Shown: one piece after another, positions 55,807 through 64,000 of the stretch
Layout: each line of letters starts with the position of its first letter
Numbering within the stretch: the first letter of the stretch is position 1
Source: an uncultured Gammaproteobacteria bacterium
GTDB taxonomy: Bacteria > Patescibacteriota > Microgenomatia > Levybacterales > UBA12049
Reading direction: 5' to 3'
Assembly: GCA_964507055.1 (NCBI GenBank)
Contig: CAZDOJ010000001.1
Coordinates: 141,210-205,209 of the forward strand
DNA: 64,000 nucleotides
Made by a program: the position numbers and the translations under genes
Notes under the pieces: model-generated
Seen by the model: the letters and a program-made list of their open reading frames with translations, nothing else
Databases searched by the model: none
Told to the model about the DNA's origin: nothing

Positions 55807-57033
55807 CCTCAAATTAGCCTCGAAAATTGATAGTTTTTAGCCTCAAATGGAGAAGTGGTATAAATACAAAAGTTATATGTTCCAGTAAGCCTTAATAATA
55901 ATTATATAATTATTATTTCTTTTAATACTTGCAGAGTAAGTAGTTATTTCGTGGCTAAAATAGGGAGAAGAGAGAAGTGGGAGAGCAACGTCCTATATAA
56001 TTATTGATATGTTATGATATAGTTGGGGATAACTTTTCACAAAAGACTTTTCACAGCCTCAAATGATATAGTTTGATGTATATTATAAACACATTTTTAT
56101 ATATAGAGAGACTTTAGTGAGAATCGTTGAAGCTTTGAATTACCTACGTAGTATCTATTATTCGGGAATAATTCTCCACCTTTGGCCTCATTTAGATTAG
56201 TATGTCAGCATTATTTTCATGGCATTGCTAATGATAGATGGGCATAGAATGAAAAAAAATACGAACATATAAATATGAAAATATGAGGCTAAAATTTTAG
56301 TTTAGGCTGTTTTATCAATCTAAATTTATATTAATTTACTAGCAGGTTCTCCATCGGGTAGAGGGGCATTCGGGAAGACCCTTACAAAGCTCAAACATGC
56401 TTAAATTGCACCTAGCCGGAGGAGGACCTGCTTTAATAAATAATACGTATGTAATTATTAAGTAAAAAGTTAACAAATATTGAAGCTGGAGCTTAAGTAT
56501 TTATACATCATTACTTTTATCCCTCGGTAGTAAAAAATTTTTTTAGGGAAGGATTTTTCTCTTTCATCTTGCAATGAGTATATGTCGCACAATAATACTT
56601 TTACGACGTAAAGTTTGATATTTTGAGGGGGAGGATCCAAAGTTCGTGTCGTTAAAATAAATTTACAAATGCATATTGTATATATACTCAACCGTGGTTC
56701 ATCTAGTGACAGCCTTTATGCTTCCTAGATTTATATAAATATTTCATCATTCTTTAGACATCCCATAGTCACTTTTGAAAAGCATTTCTTCACCATACAT
56801 CCGCACTTTCTAGCCTCAAAAATGAATTAATTACTCTCATTATAGATGAGGTTTATGGTTAAATAGCATATTTAGAGCTCCCCTCAGTCATATTTAGGCA
56901 GGGGGGTATTTTTCATAAGAAGTTTTTCCACAGGTCATGTTAGTGACTAGCAATGCGGTCTACATGCGATTAAAGTAAAAATATATACTTGAGGCTAAAT
57001 ATATAATGAATCACGAATAAACTAGCCTTAAAC
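55804..57033. repeat. Array of >=10 dispersed copies of motif TAGCCTCAAA(T) (both orientations) in a 1.27-kb AT-rich noncoding region
   Basis: Forward copies at 55804-55813, 55815-55826 (TAGCCTCGAAAA), 55838-55848, 56055-56064 (CAGCCTCAAAT), 56184-56193 (GGCCTCATTT), 56811-56820, 57023-57033 (TAGCCTTAAAC). Reverse copies at 56284-56294, 56301-56309, 56989-57000. No credible ORF in the region. Confidence 0.6.
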
Positions 57034-57083
57034 GCCGTAGAATGCGATTTAAGGGGCCTGTTTATTTAAAGATGAGTAATTAG

Positions 57084-58559
57084 TCAGTGAAGAATAGCTA
57101 AATCGTACGGCGGGTCTTGTAAGTCCTCTGTTTTATAGATATTTTGACCCTTTTCTAGTGCATCGAGAATTTGGATATATCTGTAGAATGCTGCATTTGT
57201 CCAACCGAATCCTTGTTGATCTCCATAGAGAGCTCCAGCACCAGTTTCACCGGTTTCACCATTAAGCTTTTCAAAGAATGTACCGAACTTACGAAAAGCA
57301 GCTGCATGGGCTTTTACTGAGTTAGACATTATACGACGAGCTTCATCAATATAACCATATCTGAGAAGGCCGATGACAGCTTGATATTCCAATGGAGACC
57401 AAATATTTGGATAATCCCATTGCTTAGGTTTAATGATTTCTTCAATGGCAGGGTGATATTGTGCCTGAATCTTAGATAAATCAACAGGTTTAGCTAGAGA
57501 TTCTTTTGCTGTTATTGTTAATCCATATGGCGTCTGAAATTTATGTAGCTTTTCAACGGTACGTTTAGCCTGATACGGCGAGGCTAGTCCTGCCCAAAGA
57601 GGCGTAAAAGAGGCGAGTGATAAGAAGCTACTTTTACGTCCAAAAGCATAATTATAATCTACAAAAAGCCCTAGCTGATCATCCCACATATATTTATTGA
57701 TTTCCACTGCCCTCGCTTTAGCCTTATCTCTCCATTTTTCCTCTTCAGCTCTCTCCCCTAGTATTTGTGAAGCTAATTCGAAGTCTTTTTCATACTTAAA
57801 TAGATACGAATTGAGGTCAATTGGAAGGAATTGGTCACAACGATTGTAGTATCGGGAAGTCATGTCCCAGCCTGATTCAAGCTCAGATGAATGTGCGTAT
57901 CCAATATCGCGATCACCATACCGTGCAAGGCCAAATTCAGCCACACTATGATTGTATGCCTTTGCTCTGTCGATCCATACAATCTCATATTCTTGCTTAG
58001 CTGTTTCAATAGCTCTCTTTAGCCATCTTCGCTTTGAAAGCTTGTAAAAACGCTGCTGTACGGCTCCCTTGGCGTATCTGTATGGGTTATTTGGATTGAG
58101 CCTTTTCAAATACGTATCAAGTATCATTGAAGTAAAAAACGGCGGTTGTGAGCGACCCATTGAGGCTGGAGCACTAAAATTAGGTACAATATGGAATGTA
58201 TTAAAGAGATATATGAAGTTTTCTACAGTCTCACGCATCAACCACTCACGTTTTGTTCCCATAAGTCCTCGGAACATAAAGAAACTATCCCAATAAAAGA
58301 TATAGGTAAACTTATTATCGTTTGGAACAAAATAATAGTGGGGGAGTTTGATGGATGTCGGATTAATATCCTTATTTTTCACAACATTCTTGTAGACAAT
58401 AGGCATCCTATCCCCAAAAGGGATTTTATCTGCGTATGGGAGTTGATATGGTAAATTAGAAATTCGATGCTCCAATCTCATCTTAGAGGGTTTGTATGTA
58501 ATGCGTTTCCAATAGTTATCTATATACTCGAGGCAATCCTTATATTCTTCATTCCACAT
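57084..58559 (-). CDS. GH37 trehalase
   Basis: Signature-1-like FTYIFYWDSFF, RSQPPFFTSMI, signature-2-like DQQGFGWTNAAF. Confidence 0.75.
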   Translation of the reverse strand: MWNEEYKDCLEYIDNYWKRITYKPSKMRLEHRISNLPYQLPYADKIPFGDRMPIVYKNVVKNKDINPTSIKLPHYYFVPNDNKFTYIFYWDSFFMFRGLMGTKREWLMRETVENFIYLFNTFHIVPNFSAPASMGRSQPPFFTSMILDTYLKRLNPNNPYRYAKGAVQQRFYKLSKRRWLKRAIETAKQEYEIVWIDRAKAYNHSVAEFGLARYGDRDIGYAHSSELESGWDMTSRYYNRCDQFLPIDLNSYLFKYEKDFELASQILGERAEEEKWRDKAKARAVEINKYMWDDQLGLFVDYNYAFGRKSSFLSLASFTPLWAGLASPYQAKRTVEKLHKFQTPYGLTITAKESLAKPVDLSKIQAQYHPAIEEIIKPKQWDYPNIWSPLEYQAVIGLLRYGYIDEARRIMSNSVKAHAAAFRKFGTFFEKLNGETGETGAGALYGDQQGFGWTNAAFYRYIQILDALEKGQNIYKTEDLQDPPYDLAILH

Positions 58560-58577
58560 ACACCTATACTAACAAAG

Positions 58578-59654
58578 TTATATGAGTAATCTCAATGCAC
58601 CATGTATACTACTATCTTCATTTGTGTGAAAAGTGACTGTATTTGAAGGAACTCCAAGGCTATTTAATTCATTTGTAAGCGTTTTACGGTATTTATATCC
58701 ATACATAAAAAGACTGCCTTCAGCAGAAATAGTCAAATTTTTAGGTTTTCCTTTAAATTCATATAGAGCAGCAATTTGCGTGGCTGCGTAACCTGCAGAT
58801 GTAGCAAATAATTCTCTTGCTAACTCCCCTGCTTTATTTTCATCAGTCGCTGCAAACTCGGCCATTTCTTCAGCTTTTCTAACACGTTCATTTATATTGT
58901 GTTTCTTTGCTAAGAGATTAAAATGTTGTGGCAAATAATATCCTGACATCATTTTTTCGAACTGATTGTTACCATAATGCTTGGATTGTTTATCTATTGC
59001 TTCTAATTCTTCACTTGGCTCAATTGCATGTGAGTTCCCTGCCTCAAGATTAAGAACATATGTCCCCTGCTCATCTTTCCCCTGTATTCCCATATTAAAG
59101 CCGGTACCGATTACGATTCCTGCATCCGTTTCTGTTAAGCAGACAATATCATTTGCAGCGGCAACGACTGCGTAGCCATTATGCTTGGGTATATACTTTT
59201 CGTGGACCAACTCCCCTATTTTGTGCCCAAGCAAACCTACGAGTGTATGGTCTTTGGTAGCTTTAATAAATGTGCCGTCAGGTTGTCCCTTTTCACCTTG
59301 AAAATACGACAGAGGAAATCCAACATTAAGTGCGATTGCGTCGACAGGAGTTGATAAATGAGTTTCAAGAAGTGCAAAAAAATCTTCTTTACTATTTATT
59401 GGAAGTAATTTCCCTTTTTCACGAAATGATATGACAGGCTTTTTACCTTCTTCAATCTCAACAACTGCGAAGTCGTAATTGGTTCCGCCTAAAACGACAA
59501 CTTGGATAGTTCCAGAGGTAATAATTGGTTTTTGAGGGAGATACGTTTTTATGCCTAGAAAAGGACTTTTCTCTCCGTGTTCAAGTGCACGAAGTTCATC
59601 TACTATCTTTTTGACAATATGTTCGTAGTCAGGTTTATGAACAAAGGTATTCAT
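58578..59654 (-). CDS. Hexokinase-family sugar kinase (eukaryotic-type hexokinase fold)
   Basis: YLPQKPIITSGTIQVVVLGGTNYDFAVV (cf. LPTG.E.G.FLALDLGGTNFRV), LNVGFPLS (cf. LGFTFSFP), VVAAANDIVCLT...IGTGFNMGI (cf. NDTVGT..GTGTNACY). Confidence 0.7.
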   Translation of the reverse strand: MNTFVHKPDYEHIVKKIVDELRALEHGEKSPFLGIKTYLPQKPIITSGTIQVVVLGGTNYDFAVVEIEEGKKPVISFREKGKLLPINSKEDFFALLETHLSTPVDAIALNVGFPLSYFQGEKGQPDGTFIKATKDHTLVGLLGHKIGELVHEKYIPKHNGYAVVAAANDIVCLTETDAGIVIGTGFNMGIQGKDEQGTYVLNLEAGNSHAIEPSEELEAIDKQSKHYGNNQFEKMMSGYYLPQHFNLLAKKHNINERVRKAEEMAEFAATDENKAGELARELFATSAGYAATQIAALYEFKGKPKNLTISAEGSLFMYGYKYRKTLTNELNSLGVPSNTVTFHTNEDSSIHGALRLLI

Positions 59655-59662
59655 TGGCAGTA

Positions 59663-59691
59663 ACTTTAGTGTAACAGATGCACATTGCCAA
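59663..59691 (-). promoter_or_regulatory. Putative promoter for hexokinase-trehalase operon (TTGGCA-17-TAAAGT on minus strand), near-leaderless
   Basis: Reverse complement of 59663-59691; -10 ends 8 nt before the ATG at 59654. Confidence 0.3.
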
Positions 59692-59713
59692 ACATAACTC
59701 CGTGTCGTAGAAT
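59685..59713 (+). promoter_or_regulatory. Putative promoter for xer recombinase gene (TTGCCA-17-TAGAAT)
   Basis: Near-consensus hexamers 28 nt upstream of ATG 59741; -35 overlaps the -35 of the divergent promoter. Confidence 0.4.
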
Positions 59714-59740
59714 CTTAATAGTACTTCCCTATTTCTGCCT

Positions 59741-60676
59741 ATGGAAACGAAAATTGGACAACAAATAAATGAATTTTTTGAGTACCTAGAAGTTGAGAAA
59801 AACTCTTCAAAGCTTACTATTCGGGATTATCGTCATTATCTTGAGGTTTTCGAAAAATGGCACTCCTCTACTCTCGGTCGTGATTCCTTAGAAAAGTTAT
59901 CATTGGGTGATGTCCGAAAGTATAGAGTTTACTTAGCAAATAAGGTTGATAACAAAGGCAATACTCTTAAAAAAGTAACGCAAAATTATTATGTTATAGC
60001 ACTTCGATCGTTTCTCCGGTACTTAATTAAAAATGATATCCCAACACTTGAACCTTCAAAGATTGATCTGCCAAAAACTGAGAGCAGAAGTTTAAAATTC
60101 CTTGAACGTGAACAAGTCGAACGCTTGGTTACTATGCCTGATACAACAAAAGAAGATGGTGTTCGAGATCGAGCTATTTTGGAATTACTCTTTTCGACGG
60201 GACTCCGTGTCTCGGAGCTTGTTAGCCTAGATCATAAGCAGATCAATATCGAACGTCGTGAGTTTGGTGTTATTGGAAAAGGACGCAAGGCACGGATTGT
60301 CTTTATTTCTGATCGTGCTGCAGATTGGGTAGATCGCTATTTAAAGATAAGGGTTGATGTCTTTAAACCGTTATTTATACGTTATTCAGGAATGGTTGAA
60401 GAAGCTGATGAAGGAGAAAAGATGCGTTTAACTGCCCGAAGCATTGAACGAATTGTTAAAAAGTATGTTGAACAGGCTCGTTTACCAGTTGATGCAACGG
60501 TGCATACGATGCGACATAGTTTTGCAACCGATTTGTTAACAAATGGAGCAGATCTCCGATCTGTACAGGAAATGCTGGGGCATAAAAATATTGCGACTAC
60601 GCAAATCTATACACACATTACAAACAAACAGCTTCGGGATGTTCACAAAGCGTTTCATAGCGGGAATAAAGGATAA
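59741..60676 (+). CDS. Tyrosine site-specific recombinase, XerC/XerD type
   Basis: SAM-like N-domain; catalytic R...HxxR...Y: RDRAILELLFSTGLRVSEL, HTMRHSFAT, ATTQIYTH. Confidence 0.8.
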   Translation: METKIGQQINEFFEYLEVEKNSSKLTIRDYRHYLEVFEKWHSSTLGRDSLEKLSLGDVRKYRVYLANKVDNKGNTLKKVTQNYYVIALRSFLRYLIKNDIPTLEPSKIDLPKTESRSLKFLEREQVERLVTMPDTTKEDGVRDRAILELLFSTGLRVSELVSLDHKQINIERREFGVIGKGRKARIVFISDRAADWVDRYLKIRVDVFKPLFIRYSGMVEEADEGEKMRLTARSIERIVKKYVEQARLPVDATVHTMRHSFATDLLTNGADLRSVQEMLGHKNIATTQIYTHITNKQLRDVHKAFHSGNKG

Positions 60677-60677
60677 T

Positions 60678-61664
60678 CTACTTCTTTTGCTTTTTGGATT
60701 GAAATATCTCTACTAAATCCGCGAGCACTCCCATAACAACATACCCTCCGATTACTGCTGCCTTTTCTCCTTTTGAAAGTTTCTTTTCTCGCTTTGGAGG
60801 AATTGTAGAGATTGCGTTTTGTGAAGGTTCTATCTTAATATTCGCTTCTATTGCATATGCCTTTGTAAATTCTGCTCCTAAAAGTAATATTTGGACTGAA
60901 TAGTAAACCCAAACAAGGAGAATCATTAAGGCTCCAGCTGCTCCGTATGTTGAAGTATATGCACTCTGACCGATATACCATCCAAGCACAAATTTGCCCA
61001 ACGTAAAAAGTAATGATGTTATTATCGCTCCTGGAAGCACTGTTTTGAAAGAGATTTTTATATCAGGCAGGACTTTGAACATTAATGCGAATAGCACGCT
61101 TAAAACAATAAATGAAATAGTTTGATTTATTAATTCAAAAACAGGAAGCGGAATCGATGCAAATGAATTCAAATAATGAGTCGCAATGTTTGTAATAAAG
61201 CTCAAACCTACAGATATTGCTAAAAGAAAAGCGATTACTAAGAGCATGGAGAAAGACAAAAGTTTATCGATAAAAACCTTTTTAATACCTGCCTTTGGTT
61301 CTGCTTTTACATTCCAGATAGAATTAAATGCCTGCTGTATTTGATCAAAGATGCCAATTGCTCCAAGGATTAACGCAATAACCCCAATTACAGTTGCGAT
61401 AATGTTCCCGGAAGGATTTGAAGTGCTACTAACACCTTTTTGAATCAAGCTTGCAGCCTCCGGTCCAACAATATCTTTGATCTGCCCAAAAAGTTGTCCA
61501 TTTGTTGCCTGGGCTCCGAAAAAGAATCCAAGAATTGATATAAGTAATAAAAGTAAAGGTGATAAAGAAAAGATTGTCACATAAGCCAATGATGCAGCCC
61601 AAACAGATGCTTTATCTTCACTCCATCCTTTTAACGAGTTTTTTGCAATTCGCAAATAATTCAT
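60678..61664 (-). CDS. YihY/BrkB-family membrane protein
   Basis: MNYLRIAKNSLKGWSEDKASVWAASLAYVTIFSLSPLLLL canonical YihY N-terminus, 6 TM. Confidence 0.75.
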   Translation of the reverse strand: MNYLRIAKNSLKGWSEDKASVWAASLAYVTIFSLSPLLLLLISILGFFFGAQATNGQLFGQIKDIVGPEAASLIQKGVSSTSNPSGNIIATVIGVIALILGAIGIFDQIQQAFNSIWNVKAEPKAGIKKVFIDKLLSFSMLLVIAFLLAISVGLSFITNIATHYLNSFASIPLPVFELINQTISFIVLSVLFALMFKVLPDIKISFKTVLPGAIITSLLFTLGKFVLGWYIGQSAYTSTYGAAGALMILLVWVYYSVQILLLGAEFTKAYAIEANIKIEPSQNAISTIPPKREKKLSKGEKAAVIGGYVVMGVLADLVEIFQSKKQKK

Positions 61665-61725
61665 AACTCAAGCATAGTTGCTACGATTGATAATTATGTT
61701 ACAGCTGGGTAAGGATTGGAAAAGA

Positions 61726-62166
61726 CTACAGATGGTCGGTTAAATAGAATTTGCTCTTTAAATAGCATTCTACGGCCATACGACTGGCATCATAATGTGG
61801 TTCTGGAAGTTCTTTTGGATCAACCCAATTCCATGATTCACATTTATCTGGTTCCATGAGCTTGAGTTCGCCAGTATATTCAGTTGCCACGAGCATGACT
61901 GAGATTGAATGTTTCCCTTCCTCTTTAAAGGTATCGATATTGTTTGTGATTGCGTAGACTTTTGGGTTTTTTATATCGAGATTGGTTTCTTCCTTTGCTT
62001 CTCGGATAGCAGCCTCTTCAAATGTCTCTCCTATTTCAAGTGCTCCTCCAAAGATAGAATATTTTGGGGCGGGATTTGTCTTCCTTCGGCCAACGAGTAT
62101 TTTGCCCTCCTTATTTATGAGGAGAACTCCGATTCCAACAACTGGTTGATTCCACGAAAGTTTCAT
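61726..62166 (-). CDS. NUDIX hydrolase
   Basis: Nudix box GGALEIGETFEEAAIREAKEETNL. Confidence 0.75.
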   Translation of the reverse strand: MKLSWNQPVVGIGVLLINKEGKILVGRRKTNPAPKYSIFGGALEIGETFEEAAIREAKEETNLDIKNPKVYAITNNIDTFKEEGKHSISVMLVATEYTGELKLMEPDKCESWNWVDPKELPEPHYDASRMAVECYLKSKFYLTDHL

Positions 62167-62178
62167 GCAGATAGTATA

Positions 62179-62823
62179 CTACAGTTCAAACTTCTTTTCT
62201 CCTGCTTCTATTGCAGGTTCAATACGATTCTCGACAGGTGCAAGGGGGCAAACCCATGCTTTGTTATATGCACAAGATGGATTGTAAGCATAGTTAAAAT
62301 CCAAAATGATCGTTCGCTTTCCATTCTTTATGCTTTCAAGAAAGTTACTTCCTTTAATTGTGTCAAAAAGATACCTTCCTGCCCCATAACATGTGTCTGG
62401 GCTTGTTGCATCATGAAACGGCAAGAAAAGACCTCCGCCATAAAGTTCTAGCCAATATATTGAAAGCGTTGCAGCCTGTTCTTTTATCGCAAATGTAACT
62501 TGTGCCACACTAGTCATGGTCATAGATTCATAGTTGTTTTTCTGTACGGTGACTGCTCTAAGCGGAATCTCAACAATTTCTGCTTCTACTACAAAAGCTG
62601 GATCGTATGCGAAATAGGATAAGCCTTTGAATTTACTCTTTTGATCATTGTCCAAAGCTGACTGTGGATGGTTAAGGAAGAGATCGTCTTTTTCTTCACG
62701 GAATTGTTGTGTTACTGCTGCTGGATTGGTGCCTTCTTGCAGTAAACTATTTCGTTTACGGTACAACAAAAAGGTTCTTTGTCGATAATCGTAAAGATCG
62801 AAATAATCGTATGCAGCAGCCAT
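62179..62823 (-). CDS. DUF1684-family protein
   Basis: FKGLSYFAYDP...GGLFLPFHDATS...GAGRYL...LDFNYAYNPSCAYN...CPLAPVENRIEPAIEAGEKK matches DUF1684 conserved blocks. Confidence 0.7.
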   Translation of the reverse strand: MAAAYDYFDLYDYRQRTFLLYRKRNSLLQEGTNPAAVTQQFREEKDDLFLNHPQSALDNDQKSKFKGLSYFAYDPAFVVEAEIVEIPLRAVTVQKNNYESMTMTSVAQVTFAIKEQAATLSIYWLELYGGGLFLPFHDATSPDTCYGAGRYLFDTIKGSNFLESIKNGKRTIILDFNYAYNPSCAYNKAWVCPLAPVENRIEPAIEAGEKKFEL

Positions 62824-63587
62824 TAGAGTGTTTCGTAAGATAATGAAACTGTTGTAGAAACTTTATTCTCTCCAGGATTGAGTTCAGTAGCCGGAACTGG
62901 ATTTGCTGTACCTGCAGCATCTTTACTAAATTCTGCTCTCATGAGCGTTGGAGGTTGGACATTTAAATCTCCAGTTTCTTGAACATCAATGAGTCGTCCA
63001 AGTTTGATTCCTGAAGTTCGAGCGATACTTTCAGCTTTGGCCTTAGCTTTCTCGATTGCTTCTTTGCGAGCCTGTTCTTCAAGCTCTGCTCTCTTTGCAT
63101 CATCAAGAACGAATTGTACATTGCCTACATTTGTTGCACCAGCTTTTGTTGCGGCATCAATTGCTTGGTTTGCTTTATCAACAGGTTTTAATTTTACTTG
63201 GACATCTGCGTTTACCATGTAACCATTAATCTTTTGTGTGCCACTTGTGTAATCATAATTTGGATTCACTGAATAATTTATTGTTTTGATATCCTTTGCT
63301 TCAATTCCGAGCGCTTTAACTTCTTCAGTAATTTTATTTATGACATCGTTTACTTGCTTTTGGGCTTCTTCAACTGATGGAGCTGTTTTACTAACACCCA
63401 TATTTATCATCGCTGTATCAGGAATCGCTGTAACTTCACCTGTACCTTGAACTGTGAAGAGTGAATCTTTAACTGTTGAAACGCTATTTACTGTAAAAGG
63501 AATAGGACCCAAAAGTTTTGTATATGCGATCAATGCAATGAAGATGAAAAGAACTGTAAGTAATGGTGTTCGAACTTCTTTCCACAT
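62823..63587 (-). CDS. SIMPL-domain (DUF541/BP26-like) exported protein
   Basis: N-terminal TM/signal; FTVQGTGEVTAIPDTA...GYMVNADVQV...coiled C-term matches SIMPL pattern. Confidence 0.7.
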   Translation of the reverse strand: MWKEVRTPLLTVLFIFIALIAYTKLLGPIPFTVNSVSTVKDSLFTVQGTGEVTAIPDTAMINMGVSKTAPSVEEAQKQVNDVINKITEEVKALGIEAKDIKTINYSVNPNYDYTSGTQKINGYMVNADVQVKLKPVDKANQAIDAATKAGATNVGNVQFVLDDAKRAELEEQARKEAIEKAKAKAESIARTSGIKLGRLIDVQETGDLNVQPPTLMRAEFSKDAAGTANPVPATELNPGENKVSTTVSLSYETL

Positions 63588-63688
63588 AGGACATATTTAG
63601 TGTAGATGTTAATTTATCTCTTTGTCAATAATCATCTATTGCTGCTGTATTTATTGCACAAATTAAAAGTGTGTGTTAAAATCTCGAA

Positions 63689-64000
63689 ATGGAATATTAT
63701 AGGCCTCTCTTCAAGAGCTCGGTGGATTATTCGAACGAAAGTATTGTCGAAAAAAACATTTTTAGAAATCAAGAACACAAATCATTATATTTTAAAAATA
63801 AACAAAATAGGGAAAATCTGATACCTGAATCTTCCCTCGAAAAGCCTGATGTTTTTAATTTTCAAGATGAACAACAGGTCCCTTTACCTGATGCGTATCA
63901 GCGTTTTGTAGGAAGAGAAGTCGCATTGCCGCTACAAGATTTGCGTTTTTTTGAGGGATTGCTTGAGAAGTATGGCTTCGGCGAAAAAGGAGAGGATCAA
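63689..64000 (+). CDS. Hypothetical protein, 3' truncated by window edge
   Basis: Open frame from ATG 63689 (MEYYRPLFKSSVDYSNESIVEKNIFRNQEHK...) running off the end; not in ORF track because no stop. Confidence 0.3.
   Translation, partial: MEYYRPLFKSSVDYSNESIVEKNIFRNQEHKSLYFKNKQNRENLIPESSLEKPDVFNFQDEQQVPLPDAYQRFVGREVALPLQDLRFFEGLLEKYGFGEKGEDQ

Noticed and set aside
56470-56691. 73-aa ORF inside the repeat island
   Set aside because: Low-complexity nonsense-like translation with no start context. The region is better explained as noncoding.
1-64000. CRISPR arrays, IS elements or transposases, prophage genes, rRNA, tmRNA, RNase P or SRP RNA signatures
   Set aside because: No tandem direct-repeat/spacer architecture was seen. 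No transposase or phage structural motifs. Only one tRNA (T-loop GGTTCGA found once). No AAGUCCGG (RNase P) or SRP domain-IV motif.

Overview
This is an AT-rich, gene-dense bacterial chromosomal window. Coding density is above 90%, Shine-Dalgarno sites resemble Gram-positive ones, all three stop codons are in use (TGA ends the gene at 18550-19173), and there is no sign of codon reassignment. Gene order and domain content suggest a small-genome, streamlined bacterium, possibly CPR/Patescibacteria-like, though I cannot confirm this from sequence alone.

Content, left to right:
- 1-1850: a two-component system (OmpR-type response regulator 3' end plus sensor kinase) followed by a secreted LTXXQ/CpxP-like protein and a clean terminator.
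- 1857-3335 and 16387-17943: two polytopic GT-C-like membrane proteins.
- 3375-4638: a LiaF-like protein, a VOC enzyme and a TfoX-N protein.
- 5188-6204: an SGNH esterase.
- 6549-8276: a DipZ-like CcdA-thioredoxin fusion.
- 10421-14144: a MarR regulator with a MacA/MacB/FtsX-type efflux module.
- 14172-14876: a minimal pyruvate-kinase-like protein lacking the B and C domains.
- 19217-20320: ychF.
- 20374-21987: a 537-aa protein carrying the three stearoyl-CoA-desaturase-type His boxes at SCD-like spacing but with an atypical hydrophilic body.
- 22049-23110: rpsF-ssb-rpsR.
- 23941-27345: a periplasmic quality-control cluster (CtpA S41, HtrA, SurA-N-like).
- 27634-29148 (-): a DnaQ-exonuclease/GIY-YIG fusion.
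- 29977-37473 (-): a long minus-strand block carrying prfA (short), rpmE, a DMT transporter, hisS, a disordered acidic tail-anchored protein, an M24 aminopeptidase and secreted/Ig-like proteins.
- 38171-44387: dnaB, then murF-ddl-alr-maf-cof.
- 44438-55806: pepF, a GH13 sucrose-phosphorylase-like gene, tRNA-Leu(CAA), nif3, efp, an MFS transporter, rluA-family, yebC and membrane proteins.
- 55807-57083: a 1.27-kb noncoding region carrying about ten copies of a TAGCCTCAAA(T) motif in both orientations. This is the most unusual thing in the window.
- 57084-59654 (-): a GH37 trehalase plus a eukaryotic-type hexokinase-family kinase.
- 59741-63587: an Xer-type tyrosine recombinase, then YihY/BrkB, Nudix, DUF1684 and SIMPL-domain genes.

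I found no CRISPR array, IS element or rRNA gene.
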